DNA from: Utricularia gibba | Taxonomy: Eukaryota > Plantae > Magnoliophyta | Direction of reading: 5' to 3' | Assembly: GCA_002189035.1 (NCBI GenBank) | Contig: NEEC01000017.1 | Location: forward strand, 1,984,001 to 2,048,000 | Length of the DNA stretch: 64,000 nucleotides | Shown: piece after piece, positions 38,175-50,120 of the stretch | Numbering within the stretch: position 1 is the stretch's first letter | How the letters are laid out: each line of letters starts with the position of its first letter | The notes under the pieces: model-generated | Databases searched by the model: none | Told to the model about the DNA's origin: nothing | The model's input: the letters and a program-made list of their open reading frames with translations, nothing else | Made by a program: the position numbers and the translations under genes

Positions 38175-40018
38175 TGACCGGCGCGGCTTTTCCGGCAGTA
38201 CTGCTCGCCGGTGGGAATGGTTCGATCCAACGACCAATTAGGCAGTTGTATAAATCGCTCTTTTCTACACCTTTTTCGCTGGCGACTCCTACTCTACGTC
38301 ATAATAAAATATTATTGTAATTAAATTTAATTGAGTACTTTTCTTAACATCATCTTTAATAAAAAAAACATACATTATCATTACAATCACAATTATTTAC
38401 ATTTCATGATACTCAAATAATAAAAATTTATAACATGTGTGCCACCTGATAATGAGGGAACCTGGTGTGGCATGTATATTTGTAATTGAATATCTATAAC
38501 TTTTTAAGAATAATAAAAAAATTCCATTTTTTGTTTTTTAATAATAAAATTGATTATGAGGTAATTATTCAAAAATAGAAATTGTTTCAAATAGAGTATA
38601 AGTAAAATTTATACAACTTTTCTAACTAAATGAATATAATTTTCTCATTTTTCAAGTAGTTTGTTTAAATAGAAGGAATATGGATTATTATTTAGTGATT
38701 AAAATAAATAGTTATTAATGTATTATTGCTTGTATAACATCATTTTATGCTTTCAATGTGCCAAACTTTTGAAATAACCAGGCATCCTTTCCATCTATTT
38801 ATTTCAATTTTCATGCACTCTTAAATATCGTGTTATATTTAGTATCAAAGCGATATCGTAGTATTGTATAATAAAAAATATAAAATATTGAGACTTTATT
38901 TAAAACTATAACTATTTTAATATTTTTTTAGACAAGAACGTGATGCACATTTTGTACCATTGAAAAATAAAACAAATGTATCAATTTCGGCTGGTGTTTA
39001 TTTATTAAAAAAAATAATCAGGATAAATAAAAGACAGAATAGTCAAAGTCGAAAAGGACCGGGTACGGCCCAATGTCGGGTGGCGCATTGAATTCACTCC
39101 TCTTGCATTTATGTTTCATTATTATATTAATTTTTTTAGTAGAGAATAATTATAAAGAATTGGGATAATTATAAATTAAATGTGTTATTTGATATGTGGA
39201 TTAAGATTCAAAGGGTATTTTTTTTAGTAAAGAGTTACGTTAACATGAAAATAAAATTTGGGGATTTTATTACAAAACATGTGGAACCAAACACATGTCT
39301 TGTATTTTAATAATAAATTCAAAGATATGAGTGTTTTTTTTTATCCAGGAAAATAATTTTAAATATCATTCTTTTTTCTTTAATATTGTCATGGGTGATG
39401 CAGGTGTGTTGTTAGAATAGAAGACTTAACTTAAAGAAGATGACAAAAGTGTCTCCTTTGATACGATGTGAAAGATTGCTTTATATTAGATAACATATCT
39501 TAATAACACGTCACGTTTAGTAAGTAGTGTTATATAACACCATGTATTAGATATTTTGTCAAATTTCTTATTTAATACTTTTTTATAGTTAAATACGATA
39601 TTATTCGTTTCTTTTTCAATCATATAATAAATTATATATAAATGATTAATTACGTATATTTTACTAATTTATATATGAATTCAATTATAAAAATTTATAT
39701 TAAATATGTGATAAATAATCTTTTATTAACTTTTGGAAGATGAAATTTGACCCAAAACGTGGTGCTCATCGTTACAAGAAGCAATGCACACTGCGAAAGC
39801 TGATCAAGAATCGAAGAGGGGGGATTCAATCATTTACAGCCGGAAATTCAATGAGCCGCTAGTCATCAAGTGCCTTGATAATTGGTGTCTCTGGTTTGAT
39901 GAAAAACAACAGATTCAATATCGGATCAAGAATTATTCAGGAAAACAGATAGGAATTCAGAGCTCTGGCAGCTGATACCTTGAATGATTTACACATACCT
40001 GAAGAATTACGCCAACCA

Positions 40019-40974
40019 TTATGGATGTAACCGCCCGGCGCCTCTGGGTTTAGTCTCCCGGAATGGGTAAACGAGAGTCGAATTAGTGGGGGGTGAAGCG
40101 GGAGCACTGCTTGTGGATCCTCCTCTTTCATGGGTAGTGAAAATGTCCCAACCGAGAAGTCCCATGAAGCTGATGTTTGGATCCATGTAAGTAACCCAGC
40201 TGAAGGGATGATCCATGGATGAATCCGGAATTCCGAGGAGCTTTTCGATCGTTCCGCAGTCGGCTGGTTGTTGTTCGAGCGAAGTGCAGTCTACCCCATA
40301 CGGTAAATTTCTTGCATTGTTGAGAAAAACTGGATCTTGATTAATGTTTGAAAACCCTAAATCCTTGATCACCCTCTTCTTTTCTTTGGCTCTTCTCGCC
40401 TTTTCTTTGTTGCCCTCTTTCAAATCGCTTCTGGGCGGGAGTGTTTGAGCTTCTTCCATCACGGAAACCACTTCACAATCCGATGCAAACGAGTTGCTAA
40501 TGTTGAGGGATTGCTGGTTGCTGCTGCTGATGTTGAATGTGAGCTCCTTGATGGCCTTCCCGGACTTCGTAAACAGCCACTCGATCGTGTTGCTCGCCTT
40601 ATCGTAACCCAGCATGTCCTGGAGATCGAAGAACTTACGAGCTACTTGTAGAGATAACCGCATTCGACGATCACGAATCCCTTGCGCCGTGCAAATCTTG
40701 CTATGTCTATCCTTTTTCCCAGGTCTCCTTCTTGGTACCGCTCCGAGGCTTCTTCTTCTTACAGCACCACCAGCACTACTAGGATCAACTTTCTTAGGGT
40801 TTCCATCCCTCTGATCAAACAGATTCCCAAAGATCCACTGATTCTGCTCCGGCACCGGATGATGATTCATCGGCATGTCGCTGCCATCGAGAAGATGGGG
40901 TCCCCCTGTTGAGAACTAGGGTTTTCTCCCCATGAGAAGGAGCTTGAAGCTCGCATGGATGATGGATGAAACAT
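40019..40974 (-). CDS. Class II CYC/TB1 TCP transcription factor (BRC/CYC-like); probable true start at 40974 with a 1-nt frameshift near 40904; main ORF 40876-40019
   Basis: [51 protein letters not shown]-like SDCEVVS, degenerate R domain [11 protein letters not shown]. Confidence 0.9.
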
Positions 40975-43094
40975 TTCAACTGGGGGAGCTCTAGATTCCA
41001 ACCAACTGACACAGATTGGAAATGGGAGCACAGAGGAGGGAAAAAAGAGAATTTTTGCAGCACAAAAGTCAGAGCTCCAACGTGCTGAATCCCTCCAAAC
41101 AATCATGCAAACCTACATGTCGAGAGGAGTTGAAATGCAGTGCCAAGTGAGAGTGACTCGACGCGAAATCGACCACTGATGGAGATACCGCACACAGTAT
41201 CTACCCACATGCGTACCAGCAGCAGCTGCATCTGCATTATATATACAAAAAGAGATATTTTTCCCCACTTTTATCCTCAATGCTAACACCACCTACTTCA
41301 TTTTCATACTTAGAGAACCTGTGATTTAAAAACCCCAGTCCAACTGATTTTATGCACACTCAAGTAAAATGGCCATTTTCACATTCTCTTATATGCACAC
41401 TCAAGTAAAAATTTTTAATTAACTATAACTAATTTTATTGATATCTAAATTTATAATACACTAGTGAACTGTTCATCAGTTCAATAACTACTGTTGTCCC
41501 TTCAATCATAGAGACTTGACCAACGTTGACTAGCTTCTCCATCTTTGACACCCCTAGTTTATAACAATCTTGGACCATGATAACATTCCAGAAATGTTGA
41601 TTTCGAGCTATGTGGACTATGTGATCTTATATTATATGTGTGCATGATATACTTCTGTATTTTTTTTTTGAAGGTAACACTACAGGCTATGGTAGGGGCA
41701 TATGTGAGCATTTAACTTAGCTTTATTATGTCCATTCAAGGCCATGTCTTCTTTGACCGATTCAAGCTTGGGTCATATTCGTTTTAGTCCCCAAAAATTC
41801 CCATATTTGCGTATCTCCACCACCAAGCTATGAATAATTTTCATAATTTTTTTAGGCACGTACATGTCTTTTACCAAGGCAATTAGGCAATGCACCCCGG
41901 AGGAATTAGGTTGCATTTCACTTTGCGTTTAGTAGACTTATTTGGTTATTACTTCAAAATATAGCACATTTAGACTATTAGAACAAACAATATCATATCG
42001 ATATTTAAATAAATTGATGCACGGTAATAAGATTGTTTTTGGTAACTATATCGGTATAAATTTATTCTGATAGAAGATATAAAAATAAGGATAAGTGTTG
42101 ATATTGACAATTTTATGCTTTGTAGATAGTAAAAAAATATTACTAAAAAATTTAATACTGATTACCAAATATATTATTATTATTTCAAATGTTGGGATAT
42201 TACATATTATATTTATTACTAAACACTGCCTAAGTATGAGCCAGTTGGGGTCAACCTACTACTCATTATACACTATAAAGATCATATCTTTGCTTACGTG
42301 CTTCAGTTTACTGAGATGGCAGCAGGATTTTCTAGCCGTAAAGCAGAACGCGTGAATGGAAGGTGTTTCTCATGGCCGGAGACGGAGGCTGCCTTCTGGG
42401 GCGCCGAGAGGCCATTGACTGCTGCCTGAAAGACAATTTGCAGGAGTGCGAACCGGAAGCCACACATCAACTGCCCCCAACGGGACCCGCCGTACACACG
42501 CGAATAGTAATCTCTCACCATGACGCAGCCCACAGCTTCTCTCTGTCCATACATCACACCTCTCCACCGGTCGGTCGGCCGGTCAATCTCTGCCCTAGAA
42601 CGGCTACAATGCACAATCATATATTGAAAAATGAAATGATCAAAATTATATAAGAAATTGTATATAACAATTAATTAATTGGATATAATTTTTTATATCT
42701 TGATCTACGTTTTTTATGTATTTGAGTTTCATATGTGCGTTCAACCGACCTCCATTGTATGAAAGTAACCATTTTTCTCATACAATGTCTGATATATGTC
42801 TAAATTTCTAATTCATTCTCATCACAAATGATTGTACAATGCACACTAAAAATCATTTGTGTTGCACAGTAATTTGGAGTCCAAAGATAAAATATTTGCT
42901 CCTCTCATAAAAAACATGTTTTATTATCAAATATAATTTATTTATGTTATAAAATATCTAATGAAATTTATAAAATATTTAAAAATTTAAAAATGTTTTT
43001 TTTATTTTAAATTTGGAAAATCATTTAATATTTTCGTTCCTCTTTTATAAATTTATGGGTGGTATGACAACTGGTGTTCCGCGACGACCAGACG

Positions 43095-43643
43095 ATGAGT
43101 TGCAATGGCTGCCGTGCTCTCCGCAAGGCCTGCGCGGAAGACTGCGTGCTCAGGGATTCCCTTCTGCTGATAGAATCCCCGATGGCTCAGGCGAACGCCA
43201 CCCGGTTTCTTGCCAAGTTCTACGGCCGGACTGGCCTCATGAACCTTCTCAAACAAGCCGCCGCCGATCTACGCTGTCGTAGGTTTTTAAGGAATCTTTG
43301 TGATCTGTATTTTTCATCATTGAAGAACTTTTGTTTTGGTTTTATTTCAACAGATGTTTACCTTTCCCTGCTGTCGGAAGCCTGTGGGAGGGCCATAAAC
43401 CCCATCGAGGGATCCCTCGGGTTATACGCCGCCGGCGAGTGGAAACGCTGCGAGGATGCGGTGCAAGCGGTTCTCGACGGGGGACCGTTACTGAAGCAGG
43501 TAACTGAGGATGGCAAGTCAGAGTGGCAGTTTCCAGTGGTGTCCCTCGGCGGCTGTGAAATCCGTAATGTCTCCAGGGGCGTCGGTTCTTCGTCGGGGAG
43601 CCAAAACAATTTTGCGCAGAGGCGACGGCGCGTGAAAGAGTAG
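43095..43643 (+). CDS. Class II LOB-domain protein (LBD40/41/42-like), divergent; one intron at about 43279-43353
   Basis: CX2CX6CX3C motif (CNGCRALRKACAEDC), QANATRFLAKFYGRTGL, SLLSEACGRAINP. Confidence 0.88.
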   Translation: MSCNGCRALRKACAEDCVLRDSLLLIESPMAQANATRFLAKFYGRTGLMNLLKQAAADLRCRRFLRNLCDLYFSSLKNFCFGFISTDVYLSLLSEACGRAINPIEGSLGLYAAGEWKRCEDAVQAVLDGGPLLKQVTEDGKSEWQFPVVSLGGCEIRNVSRGVGSSSGSQNNFAQRRRRVKE

Positions 43644-44146
43644 TAATTCGCACCACCCCACCCATCTTCTTCTTTTCACGCCGAGTATCATCTCTCTCGA
43701 AATTCACATTTCAAAACGAATGAAATCCCGGAATCTGTGCTCCTATTTTTCTTCTCTCAAACATGCTATTTCCATCTCCAACAAAAAGGGAATAATAATA
43801 TTAGTTACATAAATCAAAACGGTTTTTTGCCCGAGCCAGCCATAGCCACTCAAACTTGACGAGTCGACATAAAAAATACAAATTGTCAAAGATGGGTATC
43901 ACGAGTTGATTCCGGTTAAATATTTAAAATACAAACATCACGTGTACTCCAAACAATGTTTGTCATAACTTGCAAATATAAATAACGTCGCAACTTGCAC
44001 AACATTGCATTTTTATTAATTGATACTTATCATATATAGTGAAAAAATACTAAATTATTCGAATTAAACTTGAATAAAAAATATTTGTCTCGATTCATAC
44101 TCATTTTGTATGAGTATCAATACCCATTTTATACGAGTCACCTTAA

Positions 44147-44398
44147 AGCTTTGTTTGGTTAGTATGTTTAGATATTAATGAATTTAAATTATTTGAATTT
44201 AGATAAACCTAAATATGTAGATATAAAGATACATATAGTACTCTTTATTGATATACATATATTCATATATGAGGATATTATACAGATATAATGATGATTA
44301 TACTCATATATAAGTCATAATTATACCTACATATCAAATAACATAATTTTATTAAATTTATCATAAACCAATTTTATACATTCATATCAAACAAAACC
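44147..44398. mobile_element. Degenerate Tourist-like (PIF/Harbinger) MITE
   Basis: AGCTTTGTTTGGT versus reverse complement of right end GGTTTTGTTTGAT (10/13), TAA on both flanks, AT-rich 252-bp interior. Confidence 0.55.
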
Positions 44399-44460
44399 TA
44401 AAAGTTACTCAGTTAACTAATATTCATATGGATGACTATTGTAATAAACAAAGAAAAAAG

Positions 44461-44552
44461 TGGGCCAGTGAAAAGTCCATTGGGCCTAACCCACAAAAAC
44501 CAGATACCCCAACGGCAAACAAAAGGCCGGACTCAATTATGGGCTCGGCCCG
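44461..44552. promoter_or_regulatory. Site II (TGGGCY) cluster not adjacent to any recognised gene start
   Basis: TGGGCC twice, TGGGCT and GGCCCG within about 90 bp. Confidence 0.4.
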
Positions 44553-46361
44553 AAAGCTTCTCTTGAAAATGCTTCTACCAGTGATACTGATATCCCACTT
44601 CAGAACTGGAAAAACAGACAGGTAAATGGAAATGAATGACTGTCCTAGAAGACGCAGACACCTAAAACGGCTTTGTGATCACTTGCAGCAACAGAGAGGG
44701 CTTCGACGCCCCAGCCCATCTCAGCTACCACATGATTTAGTGAAAAACGGTAGGCATGTCGCGGTATGAGTATTATGTGCACTGGGCACACCCGCTTCCG
44801 CCTGTATTTTACTCTGCGCTGCTGGTTTTTCCAGCCATGGCGTTCCAAAAAGACAACCAACTTATGGATTTTGCTAACTTGCACAGTTGGGTGGGTTCGA
44901 GACCAGAGAATTCATTCATTCAGACACAGCCAAGGAGCACCGAACCAGTCTTATCCACACAAAACTGCAGAGACGTCATCATCCCTCCTCCGTCCATTCG
45001 TCTGTCTTTGTGAGATGTCAGACAACTTGCTTCTGCATAGTTGCGAAAGCAAAGGAGATCAGATCAGACCATCATTCATTCATTCACGGTCTTAGCTTCC
45101 AAACTTCAAATGATTGATAATAGTAAATAAAAAAGAAACATAAATATTAGATCCAAATTAGACACATAATGAATGGGTTTCCCTAATTTTTCTAAATGAT
45201 CATATTGTATTTATTCATCATGATCAATTTTTTATATATATGATGATTATTTTTATAACATATAAATACTTCACCTACCATCATGCCATTGAATATCACA
45301 ATTTGGTGTGTGTGTGTGTGGTGTGGTGGTTTACAAAATGGGAAATGCATCATTTACAAATCTAACCATCCCCTCTATATCTTGTATACATTAAAAGTTG
45401 TCAATTTTTTCACACACATATCATAAGATGATCAGATTTGGAAATAATTTTCAACCCCTCATAGTTTTCAACAAAATAATACAAACAAAAAAAGTAGAAA
45501 GGAAAAAGAGGGATGTGCAATAATTTTATTTTCATGGTTCCCACTGCAGAAAAAGAAAGACTTGTCACTTGTCAACAAGTGCAACAAAACTGCCTCAAAG
45601 TTGACAGTCGCCTGTCTTTATCCTTTCCATCAACACACATTAAATAAAGAAATTAAATAATGAAAAATATTATTATCATATGGTCACTCTTTCCCTCTCA
45701 ATATGGAAATAGGAAAAAAAATTGAATTATTTTGTGAAGGTGCATGTGGGGTGAATTATTAAATAGTAAAATAGTTGGGGTTATTTAATAAATAGGGAAA
45801 CATCTGGGGGTTTTTTTAGGTAACCTCTATGATGCCGGAAATTAGGCAGCCTACATGTTCAGACTTTTGGATTAGACTACACATTCAGTCACCAAAAGCA
45901 CGTTATTTTCATCTCAATTAAAAATATCCCACATGTGTCCGACTTTTTTTATTAAATATATAATTACGTGTTCGCACAATAATTGAATTGATGGATAATT
46001 GAATTTTGATCATTCAATTTTCACGATTTTATATTTTTATTTTAAATGAAAAAAACATAGCTTGTGGAGGGATTGTTCCACTATGGGGATTAAAGATGGC
46101 AAGAGTGGTATTAAGAATACTTGAATCAAGTGAATGCACAACACATTCCTACTATTTGAGTTATACCATACATCATATGTAGTAATCTATGTTGTCGTGT
46201 TTATATATTATATTATTTGTTTTGGATATCTAATAATTGTGATATTATAATAAAAAAACACATCAAGATTGTGATATTTCAATGCAATTAGATTGGTGTA
46301 GTGGAGAAGATCGTCAAATCTACACATTGTTGAAGTTGATTTTCAAGATCTGGATCACTTA

Positions 46362-46580
46362 GGCTGTGTTTGGTAGCTGGTATAAGTAAATATAAGCATA
46401 GATATATATGGTATTGGAATACATAATGCGTGTTTGGTAACTGATATAATTTTTTACTGATACATTTATTTAACTTACTATAATCATATATTTATTCCAT
46501 ATAACATCCCTTTTGATTCTAATATCATGGATAAATTTATACTGAGATAATATATACCGTTATAGCTACCAAACACTGAC
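46362..46580. mobile_element. Tourist-like MITE (219 bp)
   Basis: GGCTGTGTTTGGTAGCT ... AGCTACCAAACACTGAC (15/17 inverted match), TTA target-site duplication on both sides. Confidence 0.85.
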
Positions 46581-49100
46581 TTAAGGATCCATTTATATTC
46601 AAAATGTTGTAATTTTTCTTTCAAACAGTAAGATAAAACAAATTATATTAAAGATAATCAATTTTGTCACATGTATATACAATTTTTAAGTCACATGTGT
46701 TAAATGATTAATAAGTTTTATCCGAAGAGATAGAATTGCAATTTGGTTGCTGTTGGATGGGAGTTAATTTAGACAAAATAGTCTTCCGTACATTTTATGT
46801 CTTAAAAAATTTCGTTTTTGGTCCAAATTTCTAACACAGGTTGAATGGGAGGTTAAGGACAGTCAGATTGGGTGACTTTGATGGCATCAATAATGTGGAC
46901 TGGAAACGGCGACGTGGAAGAAAGTGGAGATCGGGATCGGACAAACGAGAGCAGCACGCTGTTTTAGGAAGACGACTTTTTCTGGGTTTCCCTGTAGACA
47001 CGCACCCGTAGGTGTTATCCGTGTGCGGGCACATTCATTCTTTAATGAAGTAAATGCGAGTGTCAAAAAACAGCAGATTGGGAGCAACAGTTTTGGATGA
47101 AACCGGATGCAGACGACGACTCCGCTCTAAATGCGCTGTCCCCAACACATGCTGCCTATTCCTATTCCTATTCCTTGCTACTTTTACGGCAAAGGAAGCT
47201 TCTAAACATAAATGTGCGTTGAACTGGGTGGGTGTCTCTCTCTGTCTGTCCATCATATCAGGAAGGGAGTCTCCAAACCTGCAACCCCTGCTGTGCTGTG
47301 GGTGAGGACGACGACGAGTCAGCAACAGTATGGCTTTGCGAATGTGTTGTGTTAAAGCTGGGAAAGGCGACATTGTGGGCAAGAGGGCCATGTGGTCTGC
47401 AACTTTCCCTTGATGCTCTCTTCCCCTTCGCTTTGGGGAAAACTAGGCTTTTTTTTTACCTTGTGTTTGAATCCGCAGCCAAGCTGCGAGTATCAGAGAT
47501 TAACATAATCCAAATCATTATCCTTGAGATTTCCCATGTGGTGCTTCCTGCTTGCGGGGGCAGCTTTTGGTAACCCAGGTTTTAAAGATTCGAACACATT
47601 TGTACTCACCAATCCCCACATTAGAAATAGAAAGGAAGCATCCTATTCCCGTCCAAGTGGTGGGTTCATTCACATCAGTTTAGTATCTTGAACTTGAACT
47701 TGCAGCTCACCGCATTTCGAAGGGCATCTAGTCTTTTTATTAAGCTTCAGAAGGGCAGTTCTTAGTTGCCACAGACTCCAACCAGACAAGCTAACAAGAA
47801 CATTAATAATACTGTGATGTTACTGTACGTGAACTAGTCATCAACAACTGAGCCAAAACCCTGCTGGGTTGAGGAGGAAGGAAGCATCATCATTGTCATC
47901 ATCATGGGGCTGCTCTGTCTGTCCTTGGCCCGCATCCCATCCCTAGCCTACAACTCTCACCAGCAAAAAAAGTGAGGAGTTTAATTGCACGGGGCCGCTC
48001 CATGGTGTCAGCTAATGACTAACCTCATGTGAGATTGTGTGCAGAAACAAAAGTGGTAAAAACTACTCAGACAAAAGAACGAGGTCCAACAATGGTGTTT
48101 GGAGCAGTTGAGAATGTTGCAAGCATTCTACCTTGTAAATTGAAGCGAGAGCTACTTAAGCCATGGCAGTTGATTTATTCGTGTCATGGGACCATTCCCA
48201 CTTCATTTATTCTCGGCATCCTTCCACGTTGTTCGATGCGAATTCTTTAAAGTAACCATGTGACCCCACTCTATTTGGTGAAACTTTGAATACGATTTGC
48301 TTGGAGCATCAAAACTCTACCTAAAAAGTAAGCAGCAGCAGTAACTTGAGAAACAGCATGATCTGGATGAAGAATTTTATTTTGAGTCTTTTGTCTGGTA
48401 CTGTTTGCTAAATAGGGGCATTGGGAGTGGGGGGAGGTGAAAACTGACCTGAGTGATGCAGAGACATAAGAAGATAAAAAGGAGGCCATGCTGGTTGGTG
48501 ACAGCAGAAGTCAGGGGAGACGAATGTCTGTGGAGGTCCACTCCTCATGTGAATCCTCTCACAACTTGGCTTCATTTGTGTCAAACTTATGAATCTTCCC
48601 TCCTCCCTTTTTATCTTAGGGTTGACCCACTCCTCCTTTTCCCTTTTCATTTTTATCTCACATCTCTCTGCAACCATCCCCCACTCTTGCTTTCTTTTCC
48701 CTTGTTGGACCCTAAAATTCACTGCTTTTTGATGGGGTTGTGATTATTGAATACAGAAGGTATTGATTTCTGTTGTTTAGATTTTGGGATCAAGATCTTG
48801 CTGAGAGTACAATAAAACACTGTCTAAACTTGTGGATGTGGTTTCTGATGACATTATTACATTACCGTGTATTGGATATTGTACGCTGGTTTCCTCATCC
48901 TCAAAACTTTCAACGCGCTGTTTTCTCTTCTCTGTCGGTGGCTCCCTGGTTGTTTCGTTTATATAGGCGTCTATCTTCCCATTCTAAAACCATTTCCTCT
49001 TCTGCCTTTTTTTGGTTCTGGACCAGAACTTCTGGTTGCTTGGTTTAAATAGGTAAACGCACCTGTCTGTTGAGGGGTTACCTGGGATTTGGTTAGAGAG

Positions 49101-50120
49101 ATGGAAGGGAGTTGTGGGGAGGAGAGTTCGTCTTTGGATTCGAAGGTGTCGCCGGAGAATGGGGCGGAGGCGGAATCGAGGAAGCTGCCGTCGTCGAGGT
49201 TCAAGGGGGTGGTTCCGCAGCCGAATGGGAGGTGGGGCGCGCAAATCTACGAGAAGCATCGCCGTATTTGGTTGGGGACTTTCAACGAGGAGGAGACGGC
49301 GGCGAGAGCCTACGACACGGCGGCCCAGAAGTTCCGCGGCCGCGATGCGGTCACCAATTTCAAGGCCCTCTCGGAAGATGAAATGGAGGCGGCCTTCTTG
49401 ATCGCTCATTCCAAGGACGAGATCGTTGATATGCTGAGAAAACACACGTATCATGATGAGCTTCAGCAGAGCCGGAAAACTCTCATCGCCGCTAAAAACT
49501 CCCCTTGCTGTTCCCGTTTTCCGCCGTCCGCCCCCCGGAGGACTGCCGCGAACAGCTATTCGAGAAAGCCGTGACCCCTAGCGACGTCGGGAAGCTCAAT
49601 AGGTACGGACGCATACTTTTGATCAACAGTCTCTACTTTCCCAGATTAATTAATGTTTCAATCCAATCTCCTACTGTAACACAGGCTCGTCATTCCGAAA
49701 CAGCAGGCCGAGAAGCATTTCCCGTTACAAAACGGCGGCAACTTGAAAGGGCTGCTGTTGAATTTCGAGGACACCGGAGGAAAAGTATGGAGATTCCGGT
49801 ACTCGTATTGGAACAGTAGCCAGAGCTACGTCTTGACAAAAGGGTGGAGCAGGTTCGTGAAGGAGAAGGACCTACGAGCTGGGGACATCGTTTGCTTTCA
49901 AAGATCAACGGGGCCGGAGAAGCAGCTCTTCATCGACTGGAAACCTAGAAGCAGCGCCGGAAACCCGCCTGCGATCCAGATGGTGAGGCTGTTCGGGGTA
50001 AACATCTTCGAGGCGCCAGCCTGCGACGGCGGCGGCTGCGGCGGAGGTAAAAGGATGAGAGAAATGGAGGTACTGGGGCTGGAATGCAGCAAGAAACATA
50101 GAATCATCAACGCCTTGTGA
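49101..50120 (+). CDS. TEM1: RAV/TEMPRANILLO AP2-B3 transcription factor; 82-nt intron 49603-49684 and an apparent 1-nt frameshift between the AP2 and B3 domains
   Basis: AP2: [23 protein letters not shown]; B3: [16 protein letters not shown]|[13 protein letters not shown]...[17 protein letters not shown]; repression motif RLFGV. RAV1 versus TEM orthology is not resolved. Confidence 0.92.

Noticed and set aside
44893-44903. GGTTCGAGACC, a B-box/T-loop-like motif
   Set aside because: No T-stem pairing, properly spaced A box or cloverleaf; not a tRNA, and too little for a SINE call.
44928-44941. CAGCCAAGGA, matching the first 10 nt of miR169
   Set aside because: Diverges after 10 nt and there is no fold-back partner.
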